Shown here: positions 42,274 through 52,304 of the stretch, piece by piece | Position numbering within the stretch: the first letter of the stretch is position 1 | Layout of the letters: each line of letters starts with the position of its first letter | From: a virus | Length of the DNA stretch: 64,000 nt | Virus record (IMG/VR): IMGVR_UViG_3300045988_180675 | Span: 32,001-96,000 of that record | Strand: one strand, 5' to 3' | Translations under genes and position numbers: made by a program | The notes under the pieces: model-generated | The model's input: only the letters and a program-made list of their open reading frames with translations | What the model was told of the DNA's origin: nothing | Databases searched by the model: none

Positions 42274-43098
42274 TTAGAATGGTAAATCATCTGACGTAAT
42301 GTCAAAATTATTTGCGTAATAATCTCCACCTGTAATAGCATTAAACTGAGCTTCACTCATCTGATCTGCAACTGGTTGCTGAACAGGAGTCTGTACCTGT
42401 GGCTGTGGCTGATATGTCTGTGCCATTTGCTGTGGTTGAGCTGTTGGCTGCTGGTACATCTGCTGAGCTACTGGTTGCTGATTTGCTTGGACAGGCTGTT
42501 GCCCCTTCTTTCTAACAATTACTGGAGTAGCAGCAATAACGATACCTAAGTTATTGAATGCTTTGCCGTCTTCTTTAGTTGTCTTGTAAACGGATAAATA
42601 TCCACTCACTGCAATTAAATCACCTACTTGATAGATTGTTCTATCCAAATTTTCGAGTAATTTCTTACTAAAAGAAGCAAACATAAATATCGTCTTTGGG
42701 TTTTCTTTGCTACCATAATTTAAAGCAAATGAAAAACCAGTTGGGAACAATCTTGCAACTGTTCCAACAAAGAATCCTGCCGCTTTATCATCTCCTCCTG
42801 GAACTAATGTGACGCTGTTGGCATTAACCCTGTAATATGTTAAGCCATCTTTACCTTCATCAGATGATAAATAACCTGCTACAGCAACAGGGGTGCCTTT
42901 TTTTGCAAAGCGTTCAAGATCTGACGCAGATCTACCATCAAATACTGAAACATTAAAAAATGATGCATTTCCAGTTTCATTTTGGTCATTTGATTTGTTG
43001 ACAGCCATACTAAAGTGAGCACACTTCTTGCCATCTTTTGTTGTTGATACTTTGATCTCTGAAGCTACGTTTCCTGATACTAAAATACTATTTGACAT
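42274..43098 (-). CDS. ssb: Single-stranded DNA-binding protein with two OB-fold-like halves and a Q/P-rich tail ending DDLPF
   Basis: Start at MSNSILVSGNVASE (ATG 43098, RBS AGGAGGAAAATAAA). First half: ...FFNVSVFDGRSA...GTPVAVAGYL. Second half: ...IFMFASFSKKLLENL..GDLIAVSGYLSVYK. The tail QQPVAQQMYQQP...ends in DDLPF. Confidence 0.7.
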   Translation of the reverse strand: MSNSILVSGNVASEIKVSTTKDGKKCAHFSMAVNKSNDQNETGNASFFNVSVFDGRSASDLERFAKKGTPVAVAGYLSSDEGKDGLTYYRVNANSVTLVPGGDDKAAGFFVGTVARLFPTGFSFALNYGSKENPKTIFMFASFSKKLLENLDRTIYQVGDLIAVSGYLSVYKTTKEDGKAFNNLGIVIAATPVIVRKKGQQPVQANQQPVAQQMYQQPTAQPQQMAQTYQPQPQVQTPVQQPVADQMSEAQFNAITGGDYYANNFDITSDDLPF

Positions 43099-43267
43099 TT
43101 TATTTTCCTCCTTTGCCCTCTTTTTGGGACTATCATAACAAATGTCTAATTTATTTGATATTTTCCATGTCATCAAATAAATACAATTCAATTATGTAAT
43201 AAAAATAAAATTAAAAAAATGAATTTGTAGCAAATTTGAGTAGATATAGCATAATATATACGAAAGG

Positions 43268-44014
43268 ATGTATAAATTATTTATGTTAGATAACCATGCT
43301 ATTGAAGTATATGAAAATTATTTATTAGGGAAAACAAAAGTCCTTAGTTTAAAAGAGCTTATTAAAAAGGATAAAATTGATGATATTGTAGAGGACGAAC
43401 AAGAAAAGATCAACCAAAGAATTGAAGAAGCAAATAGTGTTATTCAAGAGAAAAAAGCAATCGCAATTATCGCTTATGCTATTACAAAAATATTGAGATG
43501 GACACCTGTATATGCTGCCGATAATTTAACTAGTGATATTGTTGATCAACTAAAAATCAGGGGACTTTTTAAATATATCGATACTCCAATGACAATTGTT
43601 GCAACAGGAGATTACAAATGGATTATCAAGAAGGTATTTCCATTAGAAGTACCATATAATATGTGTGATCAAGCTGTTGATATCTATAAAAAGATTTTGA
43701 ACGGACAAATGAAGTCATTCCCACATGAATACTTTAAGGATGAACATGGAGAAGAAAAGCTTGCCGCAATATTAAAATATTACATTGCTACAAATTTTGC
43801 CATTTCTTCAGTTGAAGATCTTTATATAGCATTTGGTAGAGATAAAAATAGAGTCAGCAAGCTTGACAAAGCCTGTTTGTATTATGCCTATTCTGGCATT
43901 TATGAATCCCCATTAGAACTCTTACACTATTCCATAGGAAAAGATAAGGATGATTTTTTATACGAATTTTATAGCTATATGAACGTTTTTGACGAAGTTG
44001 CGAAAGAATTTTGA
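43268..44014 (+). CDS. Hypothetical protein upstream of the pilin gene
   Basis: 248-aa ORF. No motif recognised. Confidence 0.65.
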   Translation: MYKLFMLDNHAIEVYENYLLGKTKVLSLKELIKKDKIDDIVEDEQEKINQRIEEANSVIQEKKAIAIIAYAITKILRWTPVYAADNLTSDIVDQLKIRGLFKYIDTPMTIVATGDYKWIIKKVFPLEVPYNMCDQAVDIYKKILNGQMKSFPHEYFKDEHGEEKLAAILKYYIATNFAISSVEDLYIAFGRDKNRVSKLDKACLYYAYSGIYESPLELLHYSIGKDKDDFLYEFYSYMNVFDEVAKEF

Positions 44015-44110
44015 AAAAATTGTGGATAAAGTGTGAATAAAATAGCATAATCATTAGTGAACGACACGTTCACTTCTTTTATTTATATAAAAAAGAATAG
44101 AAAGGGAAAA

Positions 44111-45859
44111 ATGAAGAAGAAAATCATTAAAACGGCTGCATTTGGAGTTGTAGCCACAGGTATTGCATCTGCTTTATTACCTGTTTCCGCAGAAGGAGTC
44201 ACTCCACCATCAGCTACAACAAAGGCAACTATTACAGTGCAGAATGTTGATACAGCTGATACAAACGCTGAAGTAAAGGCTTACCGTATTGTTAAGCCAG
44301 AATTCAATGCACACGGTTTACTCGGTTATAAGGCTGTAGATGGCATTACAATTGCCGACTTAGCTAAGCCAACATCAGAGGAAGTACAGGCTGCTGTATC
44401 CTACATCTTAGCTCATCAGACAGAGTTTGAACCTGTTTCCTTAACTCGTAATGGTACAGATTTTACAGCAGAAGCTCCAGCAGGCGAATACGTTGTATTA
44501 GTTTCTAAGTCAAATACAACTGTTTATAACCCTGCAATCGTATCTGTAAACATTCCAAACGCAAACGTAGACGCTGCGGATGGCGGTACAGTCAACCTAA
44601 ACAATGCCTTTGCAAATGGTAAGGTAGCATTCTTAAAGAGAAGCACACCAACTATGAAAAAGAACATCATTGTAGATGGTCAGAAGAAGAAGGGCGACTT
44701 GGTATCTGCTGATGGCGTTGGTTCAACAGTTGCTGATGAAATTACTTTCCAAATTGATACACAATTACCATCCTATCAAGTTGGCGAAAATGGAACAGTT
44801 TACAAGAACCCACGCTTTGAAATTTCAGATAAGCTACAAGATGTATTTGAAAACATCTCTGAGATCAAGATCCAGAATGCTGCTGGGGATGATTTAGTAG
44901 CAAATACAGACTATGAGTTAGTAAACGGTGTAGGCAGCAAGGACTTTACAGTTAAGTTCAAGAGCGAATACTTAATGGCTCATGGTAACGAAGCAGTTAA
45001 GATCGTTTATAAGACAAAACTTACTTCTACAGAAACAAACCAGAACTTTGCAGACAACAAGAACGTTGCTACATTGAAGTATTCTAACGATCCAACAAAT
45101 GAACAGTCCGTTAAGATTGTAAAGGATAAGACTTATCATTATACATTCTCTATCGACGGAAACATTGATGGAACATGGGAAGAATCAGGTAGTACAATTG
45201 ATGGCAAGCAAGGCAAACATCAGACAAATGAATTGAGTAAGGTATCAGAACGTACAGAATCTACTACTTGGGAAGAAAAAGAGGACGAAACACACACATT
45301 TACAAAGCATTCTACCAAGGCTTTAGCAGGTGCTAAGTTCGGACTCTATAGTGATGAAGATGCTCAGACAAAGGTTGCAGAAACAACTTCTACTGATAAG
45401 GGCTTCATGAACTTCCATGGTTTGGATGCTGGCACATATTACTTAAAGGAAATTTCTGCTCCAGCAGGTTATTCTTTAAATAATACAGTATACAAGATCG
45501 ATATCGTTGCAAACCTTGATGAAGAAGGCGTATTAACAGACTATTCTATTTCAACAGAAACAAAGGTTGGAGCTGCTTGGAACAAGGTTGGCGAAATGAA
45601 GTATACAAATACTAAGGAAGTAGATAACAAGGCTTTATTAGATACTGGTGATGAAAACCCAGACTATGGTAAGGTTAAGAATACTATCGTAACAGCGATC
45701 GACAACCCTACACAGATCGAAAATACTAAGTTAGCTGCATTACCTTCTACTGGTGGTGTTGGTACAGTAATGTTTACTGTAGCTGGAATCGGCTTATTCT
45801 GCGGATTTGGCTATGCATTTATGCAAGCTCGCAAAGAAAAAGAAGAATTAGCGAAGTAA
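44111..45859 (+). CDS. LPXTG-anchored pilin-like surface protein
   Basis: Start at MKKKIIKTAAFGVVATGIASALLPVSAEG (ATG 44111). E-box-like GTYYLKEISAPAGYSLN. C-terminal LPSTGG plus TM helix plus RKEKEE. Confidence 0.85.
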   Translation: MKKKIIKTAAFGVVATGIASALLPVSAEGVTPPSATTKATITVQNVDTADTNAEVKAYRIVKPEFNAHGLLGYKAVDGITIADLAKPTSEEVQAAVSYILAHQTEFEPVSLTRNGTDFTAEAPAGEYVVLVSKSNTTVYNPAIVSVNIPNANVDAADGGTVNLNNAFANGKVAFLKRSTPTMKKNIIVDGQKKKGDLVSADGVGSTVADEITFQIDTQLPSYQVGENGTVYKNPRFEISDKLQDVFENISEIKIQNAAGDDLVANTDYELVNGVGSKDFTVKFKSEYLMAHGNEAVKIVYKTKLTSTETNQNFADNKNVATLKYSNDPTNEQSVKIVKDKTYHYTFSIDGNIDGTWEESGSTIDGKQGKHQTNELSKVSERTESTTWEEKEDETHTFTKHSTKALAGAKFGLYSDEDAQTKVAETTSTDKGFMNFHGLDAGTYYLKEISAPAGYSLNNTVYKIDIVANLDEEGVLTDYSISTETKVGAAWNKVGEMKYTNTKEVDNKALLDTGDENPDYGKVKNTIVTAIDNPTQIENTKLAALPSTGGVGTVMFTVAGIGLFCGFGYAFMQARKEKEELAK

Positions 45860-45929
45860 AGAAATAAAAGGAAGTGTAAAAGCTTCCTTTTTTTTATATG
45901 TTTTGATGAATATATAGCATAATATAAGC

Positions 45930-46796
45930 ATGAAAAAGAAAAGAAAAAAGTTTATGGTCCAATTGTTTTGCCTTTTGGGTATGACGATCGGGCTTGGAAT
46001 CATGGGATATCCAATTGTAAGTGACTTATGGAACAAATATCGAAATGACCAGATTGCCGATGAATACGAAAATAACGTAAAAGAACTTGATAAAGAACAG
46101 ATTGATAAAATGTGGGCTGATGCAAAAGCTTATAATGATCAACATACAGTCAACTTCGTAAAGGATGTTTTCCATGATAATGAGGACTATGTATTATCAC
46201 ATCCTTATGATCAGTTGTTAAACCCAACTAATGATAATGTTATGGGATATATAGAAATTCCGAAAATCAACGTTCGTTTAGCTATTTATCATGGTATCGG
46301 TGAAGATGTATTATCAAAAGGAGTTGGACATGTAGAAGGAACAAGTTTACCTATCGGTGGCGTTGGGACCCACACAGTATTAAGTGGGCATAGAGGACTT
46401 CCATCGGCAAAATTGTTTACCGATCTTGACCAGATGAAAGAGGGAGATCTGATTTACTTGCACGTCTTGGATAAAACAATGGCTTATAGGGTAGATAAAA
46501 TTGATACAGTTCTTCCTGAAGATACAAGTGGGCTTGCAATAGAACCAGATAGCGATCTTATTACACTGATAACTTGTACGCCTTATGGTGTTAATTCTCA
46601 TAGATTACTTGTTAGAGGAAAAAGAATTGACCCAGTTCCGATCGAGCAAAAGAAGATTACTCCGATTGAACAGGTTTCTAGTATGCCAATCAAAGAAAAA
46701 GCTTTAGCAATTGGGTTGGTTATTTCTCCTATCTTATTAATTGTTTTAGTGGTAAGTGACAAGAGAAAAGAAAAAAAGAAAAAGCAGGGCAAATAA
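45930..46796 (+). CDS. srtC: Class C (pilin-polymerising) sortase
   Basis: N-terminal TM helix. VLSGHRGLP. Active site TLITCTPYGVNSHRLLVRG (TLxTC). C-terminal TM helix plus a basic tail, as is typical of class C. Confidence 0.9.
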   Translation: MKKKRKKFMVQLFCLLGMTIGLGIMGYPIVSDLWNKYRNDQIADEYENNVKELDKEQIDKMWADAKAYNDQHTVNFVKDVFHDNEDYVLSHPYDQLLNPTNDNVMGYIEIPKINVRLAIYHGIGEDVLSKGVGHVEGTSLPIGGVGTHTVLSGHRGLPSAKLFTDLDQMKEGDLIYLHVLDKTMAYRVDKIDTVLPEDTSGLAIEPDSDLITLITCTPYGVNSHRLLVRGKRIDPVPIEQKKITPIEQVSSMPIKEKALAIGLVISPILLIVLVVSDKRKEKKKKQGK

Positions 46797-46805
46797 GCCT
46801 TGCTT

Positions 46806-47354
46806 TTATTTTTGGGGCGGAATATATCCATTCGATATCAGAGAATAGAAACTTGGAATATTTACATCAAAGTTTTCTTCTTTGTTGTATCTCTCGCATG
46901 CCATGGCATACTTTGTAGTCATGCCGCCTTTACGTCGAAACTCTTCTTTGTTTAATGCTCCTTTTGGTCTTTTGCTTCCTTCTATTGAAACCATGTTTCC
47001 GATATCTTTTAATCCGATCGATAATTCACGATAGTTGTATTTCTTGTTGACCTTTTTGGATTCGTAATAAAATACCTTCGCTGTAAATCTAACTATATCA
47101 CCAATAAAGAATTTGTTATCAAATAAAGTCTTGTTAAACATTGCATCTGTCACTAAAACATTGACATGTTGGCGAAAGGGTAATCCAGAACCAAGTTCTT
47201 TTACATCATGGAAGCAAATCGTAGGGAAACATTTTAGACGTTTTCCGCCAGATATTTCTTTAATGATCGGCGTCATAGAATAAAGTGTTCCTTCAAATTG
47301 AAGATTTTGCCCTACTACTTCATGGAAGTATGGATCGATAGGTTTTCTTTTCAT
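46806..47354 (-). CDS. Hypothetical protein
   Basis: 182-aa ORF, RBS AAAGGAGTTTATTT. Confidence 0.65.
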   Translation of the reverse strand: MKRKPIDPYFHEVVGQNLQFEGTLYSMTPIIKEISGGKRLKCFPTICFHDVKELGSGLPFRQHVNVLVTDAMFNKTLFDNKFFIGDIVRFTAKVFYYESKKVNKKYNYRELSIGLKDIGNMVSIEGSKRPKGALNKEEFRRKGGMTTKYAMACERYNKEENFDVNIPSFYSLISNGYIPPQK

Positions 47355-47463
47355 AAATAAACTCCTTTCTTTTACTCTTAAATTATATCACATAACAGTA
47401 TAAATTTCTAGTATTGCATAACAGTATATGGTATAATAAATATGAATAAGAAAGGAGCATACG

Positions 47464-48147
47464 ATGCTGAAATTTTATGATATGCCAGTTGGGCTTGGAA
47501 AAGATAGAGAAAAGAGTCTACTATTTTACTTGAACGATATGGCACAGAAAACAAGTGGGTTTGTTCTTGAGTATTGCCCACAACTAGTGACATTGGATAA
47601 TGTCCCAGATGATATTGTACGGGTTAGGCAGATGTTAACGCCAGCAACTATAACCGATTTAACGGAACAAGATAACCTGATTACATCTGTTGTCAGAAGA
47701 ATTCATTCTATTGAGTATTATGATTTTGAATATCCTGATAATTATGTTGCTTTTAATATATTAGAAGCTGCATTTATTACAGAAGTTGCTTTCATGGTTG
47801 CCATGATCAAAGACGGGAAGGAAAAAGAACTAAAGACTTTTATTGAAAAGAATTATAAGATCAACGATGAAGATCTGAGGAGATATTTAAAAGTTAGGAA
47901 GTACGTTCCAGAGGTCAAAGGGAAACTCGATCTGAACAAAATTGAAGAGTTCGAAGGGTTTTATTGTGATTTAGAGGTTACGAAAGATACTGAATATCAT
48001 GGGATTGAAACTTTAAAAAAATTCTACAAGAAAAACAAACTGAATCTCTTTGAAAGCCCAATGATAATGTTAGCTTGTTTCATGAGCAGAGAACAGATTA
48101 TCAAAATGTTATTCCAGTTAAAAGAAGAAAAGAAAGAAGAAAAATAA
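47464..48147 (+). CDS. Hypothetical protein
   Basis: 227-aa ORF, RBS AAAGGAGCATAC. First gene of the PhoH operon. Confidence 0.65.
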   Translation: MLKFYDMPVGLGKDREKSLLFYLNDMAQKTSGFVLEYCPQLVTLDNVPDDIVRVRQMLTPATITDLTEQDNLITSVVRRIHSIEYYDFEYPDNYVAFNILEAAFITEVAFMVAMIKDGKEKELKTFIEKNYKINDEDLRRYLKVRKYVPEVKGKLDLNKIEEFEGFYCDLEVTKDTEYHGIETLKKFYKKNKLNLFESPMIMLACFMSREQIIKMLFQLKEEKKEEK

Positions 48148-49578
48148 ATGAAAAAACAATACGTGTTAGATACAAATGTGCTATTGCTCGATGAAGATGC
48201 AATGCATAAATTTGAAGAGAATGATGTCTATATTCCAGTTGCAGTATTGGATGAGTTAAACATTCTGAAAGAAGATTATAGAAATCCAGAACGAGCCGAA
48301 GCTGCAAGAGCTGCTAACAAGGAGATTCGGAAACTGCTAGGAGAGCAAAAGAGCATCAAAAGAGATGAGAAGCGATTAAAAGATGAGATCGTTTGTACTT
48401 CTGAAGGTGGTGGAAATATTTTCTTTACCAATTACTTCAACCGTTCAGATTTAGAAGCCAGTATGAATAAAGATATTTCAGATTGGGAAATCATTTTAAC
48501 GGCAAAAGCTCTACGAGATTATAGTGATAATCAGACCTCTAAGGAAAAGAAGAGAAAAGTAATTCTTGTAACAAATGATAATGGCATGGCAAATAGAGCC
48601 ATGGGCAGATATGGCTTAACGGTAGAAGAATATAAGAACCCTATGGAAGAAGAAGTTTATAGTGGAAGAACCTCTATTATTGAAGCCAAGGTATCAGCCG
48701 TGAAGATGTTACAAAAAGGTGGTTCTGTTTCAATCAAGGATGCCATATTAGCAAAAGAACTAGAAAATGGAAATGACCTACATGAAAACCAATTTGTTGA
48801 ATTATATGCAAAAGAAAAAACAGGAGGTATCCAGACAGTAGGAAAAGTAGTTGGTGAAGAAATTGTTCCTCTTTATACGGACAGATCCAAGTTTAGCGGA
48901 ATCAAGCCACAGAATAATGCACAATATTTTGCAAAAGAATGTGTAGTCAGCCCTGTCGATAAAGTTCCATTAGCAATTATCTCTGGTCCTGCTGGAACTG
49001 GAAAGACACTTCTTGCTGTAGCTGGTGGACTAGATGCACTAGATCGTGGAGAAGTTAAGCAGGTGTTATTGTTAAGACCAAATGTAATGATTGACAAAAA
49101 TGATGCGGCACTTCCAGGTAGTGAACAAGAAAAAATTGATCCACTTATGAGACCATATTGGGATAATCTCAAGACGATCATGCTGGCAAAGGGCGTGAAA
49201 CCAGATAAGGTAAAATCACAAATCAATCAGTTGATCGGAGATGAAAAGATCCGAGTAGAATCGTTTTCTTATATCAGAGGAAGAAGTATTTCTGATACAT
49301 ATATTATTTGTGATGAATCCCAAAATCTATTAAGAAAACATGTAATTGGCATTCTTACAAGACCAGGGGAACATTCTAAACTCGTTTTACTTGGAGATCC
49401 GACTGATGAACAGATCGATAACCCATACGTAAACAAGTATAACAATGGGCTTGTATTTGCTATGAACTTAATGAAAGATAGCCCACTTTGTTATCAAACA
49501 ACATTTTATGAAAATGAAAGCAAACGTGGGGCACTCGTAAAAGATGTTATTAGCAGATTAAAGGAAAACAAAAAATAA
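48148..49578 (+). CDS. PIN-domain/PhoH-like ATPase fusion (PhoH2/YlaK type)
   Basis: N-terminal YVLDTNVLLLDEDAM (PIN). Walker A SGPAGTGKTLLA. Walker B-like IICDESQN. Confidence 0.85.
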   Translation: MKKQYVLDTNVLLLDEDAMHKFEENDVYIPVAVLDELNILKEDYRNPERAEAARAANKEIRKLLGEQKSIKRDEKRLKDEIVCTSEGGGNIFFTNYFNRSDLEASMNKDISDWEIILTAKALRDYSDNQTSKEKKRKVILVTNDNGMANRAMGRYGLTVEEYKNPMEEEVYSGRTSIIEAKVSAVKMLQKGGSVSIKDAILAKELENGNDLHENQFVELYAKEKTGGIQTVGKVVGEEIVPLYTDRSKFSGIKPQNNAQYFAKECVVSPVDKVPLAIISGPAGTGKTLLAVAGGLDALDRGEVKQVLLLRPNVMIDKNDAALPGSEQEKIDPLMRPYWDNLKTIMLAKGVKPDKVKSQINQLIGDEKIRVESFSYIRGRSISDTYIICDESQNLLRKHVIGILTRPGEHSKLVLLGDPTDEQIDNPYVNKYNNGLVFAMNLMKDSPLCYQTTFYENESKRGALVKDVISRLKENKK

Positions 49579-49596
49579 AAGAAGGAAGGGAAAAAG

Positions 49597-50604
49597 ATGG
49601 TATTTATCAAAGCAATTTTATCATTAATGCTTTTGATTACGATTGCATTGATATATTTCGTAATCAAAAAGTTATTAAGAAGAGTTTTTAGAAAAATAAA
49701 AAGAACTTTTAGAGGAATTTTATCTGGAGCAATATTATTAATTGTTGCCATATCCCTATCATTTATATCGATTTTAACTGTCGGAACAGATGTTCCATAC
49801 ATCAAAATAAACACAGATAGCACAGATATCCCAGCTACATTGTCCGATGGAGATCTTGTTCTTAGATATAACGAACAAAAGGTATTTACAACTAGAGAAT
49901 ATAAGGAACATTTAAAGAAACAAGACAAATATGAAGATTATCAGATCGTTTACTTACACGATGGAATAGAGGAATATGCTAAAATCTCTGCAAATGGAGG
50001 GGATGCCTATTCGATCGGTATTGTTTGTGGAGATGATAATAAGCTATCCAAAGTATATGGAATCGCTGAAAAAACTGGCTTAAAGGTTGGTGATGAGATC
50101 CTTTCCATTTCTGGTATTCCTGTAACAAAAGAATATACAGCGAAGAAGATCTTAGAAGATTATAAGATCGATTCTAGCCCTGTTTTATTAGCGTATAAGC
50201 GTGATGGGAAAGAATCTAGGGTAAATATCATCCCAGTTAAAGAAGGCATTAAAACAACGCAATTTAGAGTCAGTGGTGCATATACAAAGGAAGTTCCTGA
50301 TCTAATTGGCTCTGCATTGAATGAAGTAAGAGTTGATGCTCAAGCTGTATTAAGTTTAAATCTTGCGATGCTATTGTCTGAGCCTATCCATATATTTATT
50401 TTCCATATTTCAATTGCTTGGATGGTATTCGTATTTGCGTTAGCGTTATTATTCACATTTATTTTTTCAATCTTAAATGTAATGCGAAAGATTATGAAGA
50501 TCAATAACAAAACAATAAAGAGTATTAAGACAGTTCTATATATCGTTATCGTTCCATTGTATGTACTAATCGTGCATGTGTTAGGAGTTATTCAATCGCT
50601 ATGA
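49597..50604 (+). CDS. Polytopic membrane protein with a central PDZ domain
   Basis: TM helices at both ends. GLKVGDEILSISGIPV is a PDZ-type segment. No HExxH protease motif is visible. Confidence 0.65.
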   Translation: MVFIKAILSLMLLITIALIYFVIKKLLRRVFRKIKRTFRGILSGAILLIVAISLSFISILTVGTDVPYIKINTDSTDIPATLSDGDLVLRYNEQKVFTTREYKEHLKKQDKYEDYQIVYLHDGIEEYAKISANGGDAYSIGIVCGDDNKLSKVYGIAEKTGLKVGDEILSISGIPVTKEYTAKKILEDYKIDSSPVLLAYKRDGKESRVNIIPVKEGIKTTQFRVSGAYTKEVPDLIGSALNEVRVDAQAVLSLNLAMLLSEPIHIFIFHISIAWMVFVFALALLFTFIFSILNVMRKIMKINNKTIKSIKTVLYIVIVPLYVLIVHVLGVIQSL

Positions 50605-51050
50605 ATAAGGATACAGTAGGAACAAAGGTTTTAAGCGATGGGAGTATCAAAATTATTATTCCCATCTGCCCAAGAACAAAGAAGAATTCTCAAAATATTT
50701 ATCATAAGAATATTATCTCGAAGACGACTGGGAAAATAAAAAAGGTTCCATTTGTCGCTCCATCAAGTCCATTTAAAAAGTATGAAAAAGACGCATCTTT
50801 ATTTGTAAGACCTTTGGGCATTGATTATCCGATCAATATTAAAGCTTTATATTATATGGATACATACAGAACCATAGACCTAACCAATCTAAATGAAGCA
50901 TTGCACGATATTCTCGTTGTGAATGGGTTGCTAGTGGACGACAATACTAAAATCGTTGTATCTACGGATGGAAGTAGAGTATTCTATGATAAAAACAATC
51001 CTAGAACAGAGGTCTACATAACAAAAGCAGAACCAACATTCTCAAAATAA
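50601..51050 (+). CDS. rusA: RusA-like Holliday junction resolvase
   Basis: 149 aa. CPRTKKNSQ...then IDLTNLNEALHDILVVNGLLVDDNTKIV matches the D.DN..K...D.L...G...DD pattern of RusA. Confidence 0.6.
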   Translation: MNKDTVGTKVLSDGSIKIIIPICPRTKKNSQNIYHKNIISKTTGKIKKVPFVAPSSPFKKYEKDASLFVRPLGIDYPINIKALYYMDTYRTIDLTNLNEALHDILVVNGLLVDDNTKIVVSTDGSRVFYDKNNPRTEVYITKAEPTFSK

Positions 51051-51081
51051 AAAAAAGAGGGTAAATTAGCCCTCTCTTTTT

Positions 51082-51606
51082 TTAGTCCTCGATTTCCTTG
51101 TAGACGACAGTAAAGGTTCTCTTCTCTGCAATGCCAGAGCATTTTGACTCGATCATCTTGTTAAGAAGATCTTGAGCAATCTTTCTAACATCTGCATAAA
51201 ATGGTTTGCTGCCACTATAGTAGCGAAGTGCAGTTAATGTTGCATTGCAAACATCAAGATCATCTAAGTAGACAGATTGAATCCAATCCTTGCCATCCTT
51301 ATGAATGATCTTCGTCTTCATAAAAGCATTGCTGATCAATGGGTTACTGCCACTTTGCAAGTAGTAATAATATCCGTTTAGTTCGAATTCAATATAAGAA
51401 CCAAAACTCCATGTGAAGCCTTTAACCGTCATTTCAGCTTGGTCTTCGTTTCTGATGATAAGCTGTTCACCACCAAAATGATAGTCTTGTTGGTAGTATT
51501 GCTTATTGGCAAGCTTTCCACCATTCTCTTTTACGAGATTTAATACTTCCTTAAATACCCACATCATGGCATATTCGCCATTTTTTAGATAAACTTTGTC
51601 CAACAT
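51082..51606 (-). CDS. Hypothetical protein
   Basis: Start moved to MLDKVYLKNGE (ATG 51606, RBS AAAGGAGGAAAATTAAA). Confidence 0.6.
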   Translation of the reverse strand: MLDKVYLKNGEYAMMWVFKEVLNLVKENGGKLANKQYYQQDYHFGGEQLIIRNEDQAEMTVKGFTWSFGSYIEFELNGYYYYLQSGSNPLISNAFMKTKIIHKDGKDWIQSVYLDDLDVCNATLTALRYYSGSKPFYADVRKIAQDLLNKMIESKCSGIAEKRTFTVVYKEIED

Positions 51607-51607
51607 T

Positions 51608-52189
51608 TTAATTTTCCTCCTTTGGATCCCAGTTGAAATAGATTGGGTCACTTAAAAGCATTCCGAATTGAACCTTGATACCCTGCTCTGCATAATATTC
51701 AGATAACTTTTTAAAAATGATATCAGAATAAACAGTGATATCCATTGCCTTTTCTCCAAGCTTGATCGTTCCTTCGGAAAAGCCATTTTTTGCTTTTTCT
51801 AACATTTCATTTTTTAAATGGAACTTTGTAAACTCAATAATGTCTGTCAACATCATTTTATGAAATGGTAGGTCCAATCTATCTGTTGGATAGAATTGCT
51901 TAACCACACAGATTACCTGTGTTGAATCAACTGTAACAAAAGTATTGCCTCCACAGGCTTCATTTGTTGTTGATGTTAATGTCTTGATTGCTAGTTCAGT
52001 ATTTTCTAATAAGCAATCGAACTCTTTGTCTAACTTGATAGACATTTTCACCTGCTCTTGACAGTGAGAATAAACGATATATTGTCCATTCTCTAATGCT
52101 TTTTTCACTTGGCTTTTAATAGCCTCCAAATCGTTCATGACTGTTTCCAACTTGTTGTATTCTGCTCTTAATTCATCTATTAATAACAT
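51608..52189 (-). CDS. Hypothetical protein (weak paralog of 52305-52916)
   Basis: Start moved to MLLIDELRAEYNK (ATG 52189, RBS AAAGGAGGAAAATT). The P-C motif lies upstream. Confidence 0.6.
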   Translation of the reverse strand: MLLIDELRAEYNKLETVMNDLEAIKSQVKKALENGQYIVYSHCQEQVKMSIKLDKEFDCLLENTELAIKTLTSTTNEACGGNTFVTVDSTQVICVVKQFYPTDRLDLPFHKMMLTDIIEFTKFHLKNEMLEKAKNGFSEGTIKLGEKAMDITVYSDIIFKKLSEYYAEQGIKVQFGMLLSDPIYFNWDPKEEN

Positions 52190-52304
52190 AATTTTCCTCC
52201 TTTGGCTCTTTAGCCTTATCCATGTTATCAAATGATACAAAAATATTATGTGATATAGGAAGAAATAAAAAAGGACAATATATTTTTGCCCTTTTAAAAT
52301 ATTA

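Noticed and set aside
43149-43182. The P-C motif hairpin as an F-plasmid-type single-strand promoter
   Set aside because: Only this one copy forms a long perfect hairpin. The other six copies do not. The stem lacks a complete -35/-10 pair.
44021-44029. Perfect DnaA box TGTGGATAA
   Set aside because: It is a single isolated box between 43268-44014 and the pilin gene. There is no cluster or adjacent AT-rich unwinding element, so it is probably chance.
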